64,000 nt of DNA, taken from contig CAVOKF010000006.1 of assembly GCA_963696385.1 (NCBI GenBank), forward strand, positions 288,001 through 352,000, in the 5' to 3' direction. The notes under the pieces were generated by a model. That model was not told the DNA's origin. It made no database searches and saw only the letters and a list, made by a program, of their open reading frames with translations. The DNA comes from an uncultured delta proteobacterium. GTDB taxonomy: Bacteria > Myxococcota_A > Polyangia > Polyangiales > Polyangiaceae. The position numbers and the translations under genes are program-made. How positions within the stretch are numbered: the first letter of the stretch is position 1; each line of letters starts with the position of its first letter. Shown in pieces: positions 17,110-29,073 of the stretch.

Positions 17110-19563
17110 TCAAGCCTGCACGGGGACTTTCCAGATGTCTCGTGCGTACCCGCGGATGGTCTCATCGCTCGAAAATCGGCCCATGTTGGCGATGTTGACG
17201 AGGGCCATCTTCGCCCAGCGATCGGGATCCCCGTAGGCATTCTCCACGTCGCGCTGCGCGGCGGCATAGGCCGCGAAGTCGGCCAAGACGAAAAAGGGGT
17301 CGCGCGACAAGAGCGCGTCCACCACCGGCCGATGCCGATCGGGGTCGACATCGGAATAAACGCCGCTCGCGATGGCGTCGAGAGCCGCGCGGAGCGAGGC
17401 GTCCCCCTGGCAGGCTTGCCTCGGGTCGTAGCCGGCCCGCCGGCGCGCGTCGACTTGCTCGTCGGTCATTCCGAAAATGAACATGTTGTCGGCCCCCACG
17501 GCCTCGAGGATCTCGATGTTCGCTCCGTCGAGGGTGCCGATCGTGAGGGCGCCGTTGAGGGAAAGCTTCATGTTCCCGGTCCCCGAAGCCTCCGTGCCCG
17601 CGGTGGAGACCTGCTCGGACAGGTCCGCGGCAGGGATGACGATCTCGGCGAGCGTCACCGAGTAGTTCGGAAGGAACACGAGACGGATGCGATCGCGCGT
17701 TCGTTCGTCGTGCTCGAGGGTCGCCCCCACGTCGTTGGCGAGTCGAATGATCCGCTTGGCCATGGCATAGCCGGGTGCGGCCTTGCCCGCGATGAGAACG
17801 ACACGCGGAGTGCGCAGTTCGCCGCGGGCCGCGAGCTGGTGAAGGTGGACGACATGCAAGATCGGCAAGAGCTGCCGCTTGTATTCGTGGATGCGTTTGA
17901 CCTGAACGTCGAAAAGGGCCGCCGGGTCGAGGCGCAGCCCCAGCGTCGTTTGAACGTACCGGACCAGTTGCTCTTTGTTTGCGAGCTTGCTGCTGCGGAA
18001 ATGGGCGCGCACGGCGGGATCGTCGGCGGCCGGCGCCAGCCGGGCGAGCTCGGGCAGATCGGCGACCCATGTCTCGCCGATCTGCGCGGTGATGAGATCG
18101 GACAGAGGGGCATTGCATTTTCGCAACCAGCGGCGGGGCGTCACCCCGTTGGTCTGGTTACCGAACTTGTCCGGCCACATCTGCGCGAAGTCGCGGAACA
18201 GCCGGGATCGCAGGATGCGACTGTGCAGTGCCGAGACTCCGTTGACGTGCGCGCTGCCGACAATCGCAAGATGAGCCATCCGCAGGCGTTGCTCGGGCCC
18301 CTCTTCGATGAGCGACATGCGCGACTTGCGGGCGTCGTCGCCGGGAAAGCGGCTTCCGACCTCGTCGAGGAACCGGCGGTTGATCTCGAACACGATCTGC
18401 AGGTGCCTCGGCAGCACCAGACCGAACAGCCACACGGGCCACTGTTCGAGAGCCTCCGGCAGAACGGTGTGGTTGGTGTACGCGAACGCATGCGTCGTGA
18501 TGGCCCACGCCTCGTCCCACCCCAGGCCGTGTTCGTCGACGAGCAACCGCATCATCTCCGCGATCGCCACGGCCGGGTGGGTGTCGTTCAATTGGAATAC
18601 GGCCGCCTCGTGCAGATTGCGAACGTCCGGCCAGCGCGACAGGTGCCGGCGGATGGCATCCTGCAGGGTCGCCGAGACAAAGAAGTACTCTTGCCGCAGA
18701 CGCAGTTCCCGTCCTTGGGCGTTCTGGTCGTTCGGATAGAGAACCTTGGCCAGATTCTCGCTCGCGGTCTTATCGTGCACGGCGGCGACGTAGTCGCCGC
18801 GGTTGAACGTGCCGATGTCGAATTCGCGCGTGGCCTTGGCCGACCAAAGGCGCAGCGAGTTGACGACGTCGTTGCGGTACCCCGGCACGGGCGTGTCGTA
18901 CGCCATGGCCATGACGTTCTCCGTATCGACCCAGCGGAAGGTCGACTGCCCGGCGTGCTGCTCGGGTTGAACGTGGCCGCCGAAGCGAACGACGTAGAGT
19001 CGCTCCGGGCGAGCAATCTCCCAGGGGTTCGGGTAGCGTAGCCAGTTGTCCGGCTGCTCGATCTGCTCGCCGTCCACGATGCATTGACGGAAGATGCCGT
19101 ACTCGTAACGAATGCCATAGCCGATCGCCGGAATGCCGAGGCGCGCCATCGAATCGAGAAAGCAAGCCGCCAGCCGCCCCAGGCCTCCGTTGCCGAGGCC
19201 CGCGTCGTCCTCGTACTGAGTCAGTTCGTGGAGGTCGATGCCGAGGTCGGCGAGCGCGGCACCGGCTTCGCCGGTGACCCCCAAGTTGAGCATCGCGTCG
19301 TCGAGCAGCCTGCCGATCAGGTACTCGAGCGAGAGGTAATACACGCGCCGTTCGGCCTGGCGGAACGTCCGTTGAAGGGTCTTGTTCCAGCGATCGGCGA
19401 TGCGATCGCGCACGGACAGAGCGATGGCGCGATAGAAGTCGCGCGGGGTCGCCGAGTACTCGTCCTTGGCGATCGTGTACTCGACGTGCCCTGCGAACGA
19501 TCTCTCGAACGCCGCGCGGCTCATCGCGAGATCGCTTTCGGTAAGAAAGCTGCGGTCGGTCAT
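17110..19563 (-). CDS. glgP: Glycogen/alpha-glucan phosphorylase
   Basis: GLGNGGLGRLAACFLDS, QLNDTHP, KRIHEYKRQ, EASGTGNMK. Confidence 0.97.
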   Translation of the reverse strand: MTDRSFLTESDLAMSRAAFERSFAGHVEYTIAKDEYSATPRDFYRAIALSVRDRIADRWNKTLQRTFRQAERRVYYLSLEYLIGRLLDDAMLNLGVTGEAGAALADLGIDLHELTQYEDDAGLGNGGLGRLAACFLDSMARLGIPAIGYGIRYEYGIFRQCIVDGEQIEQPDNWLRYPNPWEIARPERLYVVRFGGHVQPEQHAGQSTFRWVDTENVMAMAYDTPVPGYRNDVVNSLRLWSAKATREFDIGTFNRGDYVAAVHDKTASENLAKVLYPNDQNAQGRELRLRQEYFFVSATLQDAIRRHLSRWPDVRNLHEAAVFQLNDTHPAVAIAEMMRLLVDEHGLGWDEAWAITTHAFAYTNHTVLPEALEQWPVWLFGLVLPRHLQIVFEINRRFLDEVGSRFPGDDARKSRMSLIEEGPEQRLRMAHLAIVGSAHVNGVSALHSRILRSRLFRDFAQMWPDKFGNQTNGVTPRRWLRKCNAPLSDLITAQIGETWVADLPELARLAPAADDPAVRAHFRSSKLANKEQLVRYVQTTLGLRLDPAALFDVQVKRIHEYKRQLLPILHVVHLHQLAARGELRTPRVVLIAGKAAPGYAMAKRIIRLANDVGATLEHDERTRDRIRLVFLPNYSVTLAEIVIPAADLSEQVSTAGTEASGTGNMKLSLNGALTIGTLDGANIEILEAVGADNMFIFGMTDEQVDARRRAGYDPRQACQGDASLRAALDAIASGVYSDVDPDRHRPVVDALLSRDPFFVLADFAAYAAAQRDVENAYGDPDRWAKMALVNIANMGRFSSDETIRGYARDIWKVPVQA

Positions 19564-19695
19564 GATGGACCGCGAGGGTACGGGAAGTCGCCCGCGCAAA
19601 TCGAGCGCGGCCGCATCCCGGGTTCAGCGCGGGGGGGGCGCACCTTGCACTACGTCTTTCGAGGGTCCGCTTCGCGCTCGCGCGGCCGCGAGTCG

Positions 19696-19787
19696 ATCTC
19701 GGCGGCGCGCTCGCGAGCCACGTCGCCGCAAACGAGTGTGGTTCTCGGCCGCGCGCCCGCGAGCCACGTGGCCGCAAACGAGTGTGG
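19696..19787. repeat. 46-bp tandem duplication upstream of glgP
   Basis: 19696-19741 vs 19742-19787, four mismatches; core cgcgagccacgtsgccgcaaacgagtgtgg. Confidence 0.85.
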
Positions 19788-19807
19788 ATGCGCGTTGCCC
19801 AATCCGA

Positions 19808-20395
19808 CTAGGAGCCCGTGCGAGGGGGAAATGAGGCCAGGACCTTTTCGATGGCGCGCTGCAGCCGATCGTAGTCCGGGTGCGACGCATCGATCACTTC
19901 CCGAGCCGAACCGTGCCAAAGCATCTGATGGGTCTGCCCGTCGAACGCATCGATCACGAAGGACCCCTCGACCAGATCGTGTCGTTCGTCATCGAGCGGG
20001 GCCCCGCCAAATGCGATTTGACTCCCTCCGGTCTCGTGCGCCTCCCCAGCGGGCGGAAGGGGCGTCTCCTCGACCGCCGATTCTCGCCGGCCGGTCTCGA
20101 CGCGCACCACGAGGTCGGATCCGCCGGCGGCAGCGAGCGTGTAGCCGCGGGCCTCCAGGATCTTCGTACTGGCCTGTTCGATGCGGCCTCGCACCTCGGA
20201 GGACTGCGGCGATAGGGCGTACTTGGCGGGGGCCGCGAAGGTCGGGTCGAATGAAAAAGTGCGATAGCGGGCGAACTGCGCGTTCTGTGCCGTAATCGTG
20301 TGCACGACAAGCTCGGACGCACACCCGCCCATCGCGCACCATGCGACGACAGAGAGTGCCAAGCGAGCGACCCAAAAAAGTGGACGTGAGTGCAT
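19808..20395 (-). CDS. DUF4136 family lipoprotein
   Basis: Lipobox MGGC; FARYRTFSF, LEARGY, EGSFVIDAFDG...LWHG, VLASFPP. Confidence 0.8.
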   Translation of the reverse strand: MHSRPLFWVARLALSVVAWCAMGGCASELVVHTITAQNAQFARYRTFSFDPTFAAPAKYALSPQSSEVRGRIEQASTKILEARGYTLAAAGGSDLVVRVETGRRESAVEETPLPPAGEAHETGGSQIAFGGAPLDDERHDLVEGSFVIDAFDGQTHQMLWHGSAREVIDASHPDYDRLQRAIEKVLASFPPRTGS

Positions 20396-20626
20396 GCCGA
20401 CGCTTTTAGCATCGGTCGTGCCGTTCGGGGCGGAACGGGTTGTCGGAGATGCCCAAACCCTATCGGGCGAGCGAGGGCGGGTACTTCGGCGGTATACGTA
20501 GCGCAAATGTTGCGGCTCGGCGTAACGTCTCGCGCCTTCGAGCCCATGGCCGGCCCCGTCGCTCGGGCGAGCCCTCGTCTCCCGGCGGGCGTCGGGACGC
20601 GTGCGCGCTCGCAAAGGCTGCCCCAC

Positions 20627-21316
20627 TCAGTCGAGTTTCAGCCGATAGCCGACGCCGGGCTCCGTCAAGAGAAAGCGCGGACGCGCGGGATCCTGCTCCA
20701 ACTTGTTTCTTAGATGACCCATATAGACGTGCAAATACTGCTTCTGCGTCGCATAGCGCGGTCCCCAGACTTCCTTCAGCAACTGCTGATACGTCAGGAC
20801 CCGTCCGGCTCTTCGCGCCAGCGTTGCGAGAAGCTTGTACTCGATCGGGGTGAGACGCACCTCGCCGCCGGCCACCGTGACGACACGGCTGACGAGGTCG
20901 ATGCGCAGATCGCCGAGGACGAAGACGGCGTCCTTCTTGTCGCTGCGCCGCTCGGCGTGGCGCTCGGCCACGCGAATGCGTGCCAAAAGCTCCGGGAGGC
21001 TGAACGGCTTGGTCAGATAATCGTCCGCACCGGCATCGAGTGCGGCGATCTTGTCCTGATCTTGCCCGCGCGCCGACAGGATGATGATCGGCGTGTCGGT
21101 CCATTCGCGCAGGCGTCGCGTCACTTCGATGCCGTCGATGTCGGGCAGGCCCAAATCGAGCAGAATGACGTCCGGATGCTGCGACGCCGCCTCGGCAAGT
21201 CCTTGCATTCCGTTCGCGGCCTCCACGAGCTTGCATCCGTTGGCGGCCAGCGAGCTCCGCAAAAACCGCCGCATTTGCGACTCGTCGTCGATGACGAGCA
21301 CCGTGAGCGGCGTCAT
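20627..21316 (-). CDS. kdpE: KDP operon response regulator KdpE
   Basis: LLDLGLPDIDG, ALDAGADDYLTKPF, wHTH ending LLTEPGVGYRL; overlaps kdpD stop. Confidence 0.93.
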   Translation of the reverse strand: MTPLTVLVIDDESQMRRFLRSSLAANGCKLVEAANGMQGLAEAASQHPDVILLDLGLPDIDGIEVTRRLREWTDTPIIILSARGQDQDKIAALDAGADDYLTKPFSLPELLARIRVAERHAERRSDKKDAVFVLGDLRIDLVSRVVTVAGGEVRLTPIEYKLLATLARRAGRVLTYQQLLKEVWGPRYATQKQYLHVYMGHLRNKLEQDPARPRFLLTEPGVGYRLKLD

Positions 21317-24013
21317 CGTTCGTCCTCGGGCGCGAGCTCGGGAGGGGAGCCCTCGATGGGCACCGTGAACCGGAACACGGCTCCGCCGCCGCCACGGTTC
21401 TCCGCCCAGATGCGGCCGCCGTGCGCCTCGACGATGGCGCGGCAGATCGATAGGCCGAGACCCGCGCCCCCGCTCGCGCCCTCTCTCGGCAGTCGATAGA
21501 ACTTCTCGAAGACGCGGTCGGCGAGCTCTTCGGGGATGCCGGGCCCTCGATCGGCGAGTTCGACCACCAGAGTGCCGCCTTCGGCGTGAACGGAAATGTC
21601 GATCGGGGAACCGGGCGGCGTGTACTTGACAGCATTCTCGAGCAGGTTGATGAGGACCTGCTCGATGAGCAGACCGTCGATCGGTACGGGCGTCAGGCCC
21701 GGCGGAACGTGTACGGCGACGCTCCTGCCGTGGAGCTGACCCTCGAGCCGATCGAGCGCCGCGCCGATGACGCCTTCGATGGGCTGCCATTCCTTGGTCA
21801 CATGCACCGTCCCGGACGCGAGTCGAGTCATGTCGAGCAAGTTTCGGACGAGCCGGTTCAGTCGCTGGGCCTCTTCGTGAATCGTCTCCGCGAGGTCGCG
21901 TCGTGCCGCTGGCGCGAGTGCAGGATCCGATTCGAGAAGCGCGCTGGCCGCTCCCGTAATGACCGACAGCGGCGTGCGCAGGTCGTGCGAGACGGAGCTC
22001 AAGAGAGAGCTTCGCATGCGCTCGGCCTCCACTTGCAGCGTGGCTTGGTGCGCCTGCTCGGCGAGCCGACTGCGCTCGAGCGCGGATGCAATCTGACTGG
22101 CGAATACGTCGATGAGCGTGCGCTGCTCGGCTTCGTTGAGCCGGCGAGGATCTCTGGGCTGGACACCCAGGACGCCTACGCGACCCTGTGCGCCCCGGAG
22201 AGGCACGTAGAGCGCGCTTGCGGACGGCAGGGTGTCGGTCCCCAGCCCGGCGGGCTTGTCGTGCGAATAGACCCATTCGACGACGCCGCGCTCCTTTTCG
22301 TCGGGAGCGAAGGCGTGATCGCCAGCGGCCACGTTGTCGAGCCGACCGTCTTGCGTCTCGAGGAATATGGCGACTTTCGCTTCGAACACGTCGTGAACAT
22401 GGCGCGCGGCGGCGTCCGCGAGGTGGGTCGTGATCCGGGTTGCGGCGAGCTCCCGGCTCAGGCCGTACAGGCTCGCAGTGCGCCGCTCGCGATACCGGGC
22501 GTCGTCGGCCTGCAGGCGGACACGGCGGGTGAGACGGCTGACGACGACGGCCACGACGAACATGACGGCGAACGTCACGACGTGCTGAAAGTCGGAGACG
22601 GCGAAACTCAGGTAGGGCGGTACGAAGAAGAAGTCGAGCAAAAGGACGCTGAGGACCGCCGCGACGATGGACGCTCCGTATCCGAACCGCAGCGATACGA
22701 GGATGATTCCGAGCAGGTAAATCATGACGACGTCGGCCAGTTGCCGCCGTCCGAAGAGCGACCAGGCGAGGGCCGTCGCCACGAGGGTCATGGCGGCGCT
22801 CGCGGCGTACGCGCGTGCCGGCAAGGCCGGCACCGAGCGCGCCTTGTCGACTTTGTACGGCCGCGGGAGCGTCGTCTCTCCGGAGATGACATACACGTCG
22901 ATGTCGCCGCTCGACCGGACGACCTCGTCGAGAAAGGACGGGGAGACGAAGTCGCGCCAGCGGGGATGCGTCGGTTTTCCGATGACGATCTTGGTGACGT
23001 TGCGCGTGCGCGCGAAACCGACGATCTCCGCTGCGGCATTCTCGCCCCTCAGGGTGACGGGCTCGGCCCCGAGCAGTTCCGCCAAGCGCAAGTGGTCAGA
23101 GAGGCGCTGGCGGTGCGCGTCCGTCATCCTCAAGGCCGCCGGCGTCTCGACGAAAGCGGCAATGCACGGTGCGTGCAGGCTGGTGGCCATTCGTCGCGCT
23201 GCGCGTACGAGTCGTGCCGACGCCGGGCTCGCGCTCACGCAGACGAGAATCCGCTCGGCGGTGGGCCAGACGCCCTGGATGCCGTGCTCGGTCTTGTACG
23301 TGCGCATGTCGGCGTCGACCCGCTCGGCGACGCTCCGGAGCGACGAGCTCGCGCAACGCGATGAGATTGCCTTTTCGGAAGAAGCTCTCGACCGCGCGTT
23401 GCGCCTGGTCGGGGATGTAAACCTTGCCGCTCGTCAGCCGCTCGATGAGCTCGTCGGGCGGCAGGTCGATGAGGCGGACCTCGGCCGCCTCGTCGAGCAC
23501 CCGGTCGGGAACCGTTTCGCGAACGACGATGCCGGTGACCTGGGCGACGACGTCGTTCAGGCTTTCGAGGTGCTGTACGTTGAGCGTCGAGTAAACGTCG
23601 ATTCCCGCCTCGAGCAGATCCTCCACGTCCTGCCATCGCTTGGCGTGGCGCAAACCGGGGGCGTTGGTGTGCGCGAGCTCGTCGATGAGGATGAGTCCGG
23701 GCCTTCGCGCAAGCGCGGCGTCGAGGTCGAACTCCTCGACGATCACAGCGCGGTGCTCCACTCGGCGTCGGGGCAACATTTCCAGACCGATCACGAGCGC
23801 GCCCGTGTCGAAACGCCCGTGGCTCTCGACGACACCGATGACGACGTCGCGCTTCAAGTCGCGCTCGCTGCGCGCCGCCTCGAGCATCGCGTACGTCTTT
23901 CCTACGCCAGGGGCCGCCCCAAAGAAGATGACGAGCTTGCCGCGCCGCGCGCGCCGCTCGGCGGCGGCCACCTGTCGCAAAAGCTCGTCCGGGTTGGCGC
24001 GCCCCTCGGTCAC
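21313..24013 (-). pseudogene. kdpD: Sensor kinase KdpD, interrupted by a 1-bp insertion near 23343
   Basis: N-part GAAPGVGKTYAML, DELAHTN, KRWQDV; C-part USP, 4 TM, GAF, SHDLRTPL; removing one base restores ...IALRELALRSVAERVDADMRTYK. Confidence 0.92.
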
Positions 24014-24052
24014 CGCGCCCACTGTAGGGCCGAAAGACGCGCGGACGCGACG

Positions 24053-24640
24053 CTACTTCACCGCGTCGAGCGCGAGATTCAGTTCGAGGACGTCGACGCG
24101 CGGTTCCCCGAGAATGCCGAGCTGGCGACTCTCGCTATGCGCATCGACCAGAGCCTGGACGGTCGCCTCGTCGAGGCGCCGGGCCTTGGCGACACGACGT
24201 ATCTGATAGTACGCCGCAGCCGGGGAGATGTCGGGGTCGAGGCCACTGCCGGAAGAGGTCACCAAATCCACGGGAATGGGCGCCTGGTTATGCGGATCCG
24301 AGGCCCGGAGCGCGTCCACGCGGCCCTTGACCTCGTCGAGGAGCGCCGGGTTGGTGGGTCCGAGATTCGACGCGAGAGAGGAGCCGCCATTGTACGGTAG
24401 GGCTTTTCCATTCGCATCGGTCGTCGCCGACAGACGCCCCCAGAAATACTTGGGGTCGTCGAACGACTGGCCGATGAGCTTCGAACCGACCGGCTTGCCA
24501 TCCCGCAGGATGAGGCTCCCGTTGGCTTGGTAGGGGAATGCCGCTTGGGCGATGCCGGTGACCAAGAGCGGATAAAAAACGCCCGTCACCAACGTCAGCG
24601 CGGCGAGGACGACGAGCGCAGCGCGAATCTGAGACACCAT
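24053..24640 (-). CDS. kdpC: Potassium-transporting ATPase subunit C
   Basis: [37 protein letters not shown]. Confidence 0.96.
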   Translation of the reverse strand: MVSQIRAALVVLAALTLVTGVFYPLLVTGIAQAAFPYQANGSLILRDGKPVGSKLIGQSFDDPKYFWGRLSATTDANGKALPYNGGSSLASNLGPTNPALLDEVKGRVDALRASDPHNQAPIPVDLVTSSGSGLDPDISPAAAYYQIRRVAKARRLDEATVQALVDAHSESRQLGILGEPRVDVLELNLALDAVK

Positions 24641-24655
24641 GGGGCAACCCTTCGT

Positions 24656-26854
24656 TCAAGCGAGGTGGAGGACGACGAGCAAGAGATCGATGGCCTTGAT
24701 ACCGATGAACGGCGCCACGATGCCGCCTAGGCCGTAGAGGATCAGATGGTCGCGCAAGAGCCGCGACGCGCCGACGGCCCGATACGCGATCCCGCGCAGC
24801 GCCAACGGAATGAGGGCGATGATGATGAGCGCGTTGAAGATGACGGCGCTCAAGATGGCGCTCTGAGGGGTCGCGAGGTGCATGACGTTGAGCGTGTCGA
24901 GCGCCGGGTACGTCGTCGCGAACGCGGCGGGAATGATGGCGAAGTACTTGGCCACGTCGTTGGCGATGCTGAAGGTCGTCAGCGCGCCCCGTGTCATCAA
25001 GAGCTGCTTGCCGATCTCGACCACTTCGATGAGCTTGGTGGGGTTCGAGTCGAGGTCCACCATGTTGCCGGCCTCTTTGGCCGCTTGCGTCCCCGTATTC
25101 ATCGCTACGGCGACATCGGCCTGGGCTAGCGCGGGGGCGTCGTTGGTCCCGTCGCCGGTCATCGCGACCAGACGTCCGCCCTTCTGGTGCTCTCGAATGA
25201 GGGCGAGTTTGGTTTCGGGGGTGGCCTGAGCGAGATAGTCATCGACCCCCGACTCCGCGGCGATCGCCGCTGCGGTCGTCGGGTTGTCGCCGGTGATCAT
25301 CACCGTCTTGATGCCCATCTTGCGCAGTTCGGCGAAGCGCTCCTTGATGCCGCCCTTGACGATGTCCTTGAGCTGAATGACGCCGAGGACCTTCGCCCCC
25401 TCGGCCACGACGAGCGGCGTTCCTCCGCTCTTCGATATGGACGCGACATTCGCATGCACGTCGGGGGCAAAGACCCCTCCTTTGGCGTTCACGTACGCTT
25501 CGATGGCGTCCGCAGCCCCTTTGCGGATTTCGCGACCGTCCAGGTCCACGCCGCTCATCCGCGTTTGCGCCGTGAACGGCACGAACGTCGCTTTGAGTGC
25601 TCGCACGTCGCGTTCGCGAATTCCATATTGCTCCTTCGCGAGCACGACGATGCTGCGGCCCTCGGGGGTCTCGTCGGCGAGCGAGCTCAATTGCGCGGCG
25701 TCGGCCAAACCCTCTTTCGTGCAGCCCGGCGCGGGCAGGAACGTCGTCGCCTGTCTGTTTCCGAGCGTGATCGTGCCCGTCTTGTCGAGCAGCAGCACGT
25801 CCACGTCGCCGGCCGCCTCGACCGCGCGCCCGCTCGTCGCGATGATGTTGGCCTGAATCATCCGATCCATTCCGGCGATGCCGATGGCCGAAAGCAGGCC
25901 CCCGATCGTCGTCGGGATGAGGCACACGAGCAAGGCGACCAGCACCGTGATCGTCACCGGCGTCCCTTGCTTGGCAGCCTCGACGCTGAAAAGCGAGTAA
26001 GGCAGCAGCGTCACCGTGGCGAGCAGGAAAATGATCGTGAGCGCGGCCAGCAGAATGTCGAGCGCGATCTCGTTGGGGGTCTTCTGCCGCTTCGCCCCTT
26101 CGACCATCGCGATCATTCGGTCGAGGAACGTTTCGCCGGGGTTGGCCGTGACCCGCACGATGAGCCAGTCGGACAACACCCGAGTGCCGCCGGTGACGGC
26201 GCTCCGGTCGCCGCCGCTTTCGCGAATGACCGGCGCGCTCTCGCCGGTGATCGCGCTCTCGTCCACCGAGGCGACGCCCTCGACGATCTCGCCGTCGCCC
26301 GGGATGTAATCGCCCGCTTCGACCAAGACGAAGTCGCCTTTGCGCAGCTGTGAGGCGAAGACGGGGTTCGGGATCGCGCCGCGGCGCGGCTCGGAAACCC
26401 GCTTGGCCTGGATGTCCTTTCGCGCTTTGCGCAGCGAGTCGGCTTGTGCCTTGCCTCGTCCCTCGGCCATCGCCTCGGCGAAGTTGGCGAAGACCACGGT
26501 GAACCAGAGCCAGGCCGAGATGGCGCCGATGAACCCGGTCGGCGCCTCTCCGTGGCCGACAAGAGCTTGAACGAACAGCGCCGTGGTCAGGACGCTGCCG
26601 ACCTCGACCACGAACATCACCGGGTTTCTCACCTGGTGGCGAGGGTCGAGCTTGCGGAAACTGTCGGCGATCGCGCGGCGCACGATCGCCGGTTCGAAGA
26701 GCGGTCGCGCCTGGCCTCGTCGACGGTTCTTGCCGTGCTCGATCGTGGCCCCTGCGCCGGAAGCCATCGCACCCGACGGCTGGGTCGTTGCCGCCGAGCC
26801 GATCGAAGCGCTCGGCTCCGGCAGCGAGTCTGCAGCGAGCTTGTTCGTGGTCAT
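24656..26854 (-). CDS. kdpB: Potassium-transporting ATPase subunit B
   Basis: [34 protein letters not shown]. Confidence 0.97.
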   Translation of the reverse strand: MTTNKLAADSLPEPSASIGSAATTQPSGAMASGAGATIEHGKNRRRGQARPLFEPAIVRRAIADSFRKLDPRHQVRNPVMFVVEVGSVLTTALFVQALVGHGEAPTGFIGAISAWLWFTVVFANFAEAMAEGRGKAQADSLRKARKDIQAKRVSEPRRGAIPNPVFASQLRKGDFVLVEAGDYIPGDGEIVEGVASVDESAITGESAPVIRESGGDRSAVTGGTRVLSDWLIVRVTANPGETFLDRMIAMVEGAKRQKTPNEIALDILLAALTIIFLLATVTLLPYSLFSVEAAKQGTPVTITVLVALLVCLIPTTIGGLLSAIGIAGMDRMIQANIIATSGRAVEAAGDVDVLLLDKTGTITLGNRQATTFLPAPGCTKEGLADAAQLSSLADETPEGRSIVVLAKEQYGIRERDVRALKATFVPFTAQTRMSGVDLDGREIRKGAADAIEAYVNAKGGVFAPDVHANVASISKSGGTPLVVAEGAKVLGVIQLKDIVKGGIKERFAELRKMGIKTVMITGDNPTTAAAIAAESGVDDYLAQATPETKLALIREHQKGGRLVAMTGDGTNDAPALAQADVAVAMNTGTQAAKEAGNMVDLDSNPTKLIEVVEIGKQLLMTRGALTTFSIANDVAKYFAIIPAAFATTYPALDTLNVMHLATPQSAILSAVIFNALIIIALIPLALRGIAYRAVGASRLLRDHLILYGLGGIVAPFIGIKAIDLLLVVLHLA

Positions 26855-26870
26855 TGCGATTCTCCGAGCC

Positions 26871-28622
26871 TCATGATTTCGCAAGCAAGTGCTCGACGAT
26901 GGGTCCGAGCGCGAGCGAGGGGATGAACGTCAAGGCGCCGACGATCACGATCGTTCCGACGAGCATCGCCACGAAAAGTGGGGTGTGCGTGGGCAGCGTT
27001 CCTGCGCCCGGTGGGACGAGCTTCTTTTGGGCGAGGGCACCGGCCAGCGCGAGCACGGGGACCTTGACGAAGTATCGGCCGAGAAACATCGCTACGCCGA
27101 GGAGCGTGTTGTAAAAGGGCGTATTGGCGCTCAAACCGCCGAACGCGCTTCCATTGTTGTTCGCGGCGGAAGAGAAGGCGTAGAGCACCTCGGTGAAGCC
27201 ATGCGGGCCGGGGTTGAAAACGCCTTTCTTACCCGCCTCCGTGACGACCGCGACGGCCGTCAGAATGAGTATGGTCGCGGCCGGGAAGAGAATGGCGAGA
27301 GACGCCATTTTCATCTCCTTGGCCTCGATTTTCTTCCCGAGGTATTCGGGCGTTCGTCCGACCATCAGGCCCGCGACGAACACGGCCACGATCGCGAACA
27401 TCAATATGCCGTACATCCCGGCGCCGACGCCGCCGAAAATGATTTCGCCGAGCTGAATGAGCCAGAGCGGCACGAGACCGCCGAGGGGCGTGAACGAGTC
27501 GTGCATCCCGTTGACCGCTCCGCACGACACGCCGGTCGTCGCCGTGGCGAAGAGTGAGGTCGCGGAGATGCCGAAGCGGACCTCTTTGCCTTCCATGTTG
27601 CCGCCCGCCTGCAGCGCGCTGGCGGCCTGATCGATGGGCAAAGCCGACAGGGCGGGGTTGCCCCCTTGCTCTTGCCACACGCACAACGCGAGCAGCGGAA
27701 CGAACACGATGAACATCGCCGCCAGGATGGTCCAACCCTGGCGCGTGTCCTTGACCATCTTGCCGAACGTGTAGGTGAGCGCGGCCGGGATGAGCAACAG
27801 TCCGTAGACGTTCAGGAAGTTGGCAATGGGCGTCGGGTTCTCGAAGGGATGCGCCGAATTGGCGTTGAAGAACCCGCCGCCGTTGGTGCCCAGCATCTTG
27901 ATGGCGATCTGCGATGCGGCCGGACCGAGGGCGATGACTTGGTCGGTGACGGCATGGCCGTCGGCGTCTTTGGTCGCCTGCAGAAGCCCTATCGTCGGGT
28001 ACGCGCCGAACGTCTGGACGACGCCTTGCGACACGAAAAGGACCGCCAGAATCGTCGAAAGCGGCAAGAGGATGTAGAGCGTGGTGCGCGTCAGATCGAC
28101 CCAGAAATTGCCCAAATGGTGGGTCGTCTTTCGCGCGATTCCGCGAAATAGGGCCACCATCACGGCCATGCCGGACGCGGCGCAGACGAAGTTCTGCACG
28201 GCCAAGGCGAGCATCTGCGTGAGGTAACTCATCGTCGTCTCGCCGCCGTAGCTCTGCCAGTTCGTGTTGGTGGCGAAGCTCACCGCCGTATTCCACGACA
28301 GATCGGGGGTCGGGGCGCTCATGCCTTGCGGGTTGAGTGGCAAGAAGCCCTGCAATCGTTGGATCGCATAGACCACGAGAATGCCCGCGCCATTGAACAG
28401 CAGCATGGCCGTGGCGTACGTGGTCCAGCGCATCTCGCTCTGCTCGGATTCGCGGGGCACCCCGCTCAGCCGGTAGATGAGGCGTTCGAGCCAGCCGAGG
28501 GCGCGTTCGAGGACGATCGGCTCTCCGTCGTAAACGCGGGCCATGTACGCGCCCAGCGGCTTTACGGATGCGACGAGGAGGGCGAGCGTCACGACGATCT
28601 GCGCGTAACCTTGCCAGTTCAC
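26871..28622 (-). CDS. kdpA: Potassium-transporting ATPase subunit A
   Basis: [35 protein letters not shown]. Confidence 0.97.
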   Translation of the reverse strand: MNWQGYAQIVVTLALLVASVKPLGAYMARVYDGEPIVLERALGWLERLIYRLSGVPRESEQSEMRWTTYATAMLLFNGAGILVVYAIQRLQGFLPLNPQGMSAPTPDLSWNTAVSFATNTNWQSYGGETTMSYLTQMLALAVQNFVCAASGMAVMVALFRGIARKTTHHLGNFWVDLTRTTLYILLPLSTILAVLFVSQGVVQTFGAYPTIGLLQATKDADGHAVTDQVIALGPAASQIAIKMLGTNGGGFFNANSAHPFENPTPIANFLNVYGLLLIPAALTYTFGKMVKDTRQGWTILAAMFIVFVPLLALCVWQEQGGNPALSALPIDQAASALQAGGNMEGKEVRFGISATSLFATATTGVSCGAVNGMHDSFTPLGGLVPLWLIQLGEIIFGGVGAGMYGILMFAIVAVFVAGLMVGRTPEYLGKKIEAKEMKMASLAILFPAATILILTAVAVVTEAGKKGVFNPGPHGFTEVLYAFSSAANNNGSAFGGLSANTPFYNTLLGVAMFLGRYFVKVPVLALAGALAQKKLVPPGAGTLPTHTPLFVAMLVGTIVIVGALTFIPSLALGPIVEHLLAKS

Positions 28623-28711
28623 GACAGAGCCTCCGGCTTGAGCAGCGCGATGAACAGGTAAACGAGGAGTCCCAAAGAAACGACTCCGCCAATGGCATAA
28701 AGGACGGGCAT
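28619..28711 (-). CDS. kdpF: KdpF subunit (30 aa)
   Basis: Manual translation [30 protein letters not shown]; stop overlaps the kdpA GTG. Confidence 0.9.
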   Translation of the reverse strand: MPVLYAIGGVVSLGLLVYLFIALLKPEALS

Positions 28712-28747
28712 GTCAGTATTTCCTCGATCGCGCCAAACGAGGCTGAT

Positions 28748-28828
28748 CTATACGCGCTCGCAGAGTCGGATCAGACCGAACGCGAGTGCAACGAGAGCGA
28801 GCGTGAATCCGACGTAGACGATGTCCAT
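28748..28828 (-). CDS. 26-aa hydrophobic peptide upstream of kdpF
   Basis: Manual translation MDIVYVGFTLALVALAFGLIRLCERV; single TM; GAGA-type RBS. Confidence 0.75.
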   Translation of the reverse strand: MDIVYVGFTLALVALAFGLIRLCERV

Positions 28829-28867
28829 GGTTGTTTTCTCGGAGGCCTTCGATCTAAGTCCGTTCGC

Positions 28868-28884
28868 TCTAAAAAGGGCCTAAA
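28868..28884 (-). promoter_or_regulatory. Putative KdpE box of the kdp operon
   Basis: Minus strand TTTAGG-ccctt-TTTAGA; half-sites 11 bp apart as in the E. coli TTTATA-N5-TTTACA site; 40 bp before the first ORF. Confidence 0.7.
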
Positions 28885-29073
28885 GACATGCCGCAACGAT
28901 CGCCCCACGGAGATCCGTTGCATTCATCGGCGGCGGTCGTTATGCAGCTCTCGCGCCGCCCGCCCCTGGTTTGGCGCCCGCAGCGCGGTGCCGGGCCGAC
29001 CCGGGCCGGTGCCCGCCGCATTCGGCGCCGTCTCGGCCCGGCGGAAATCCCGCAAAGATTGCGCACAGGCGCG

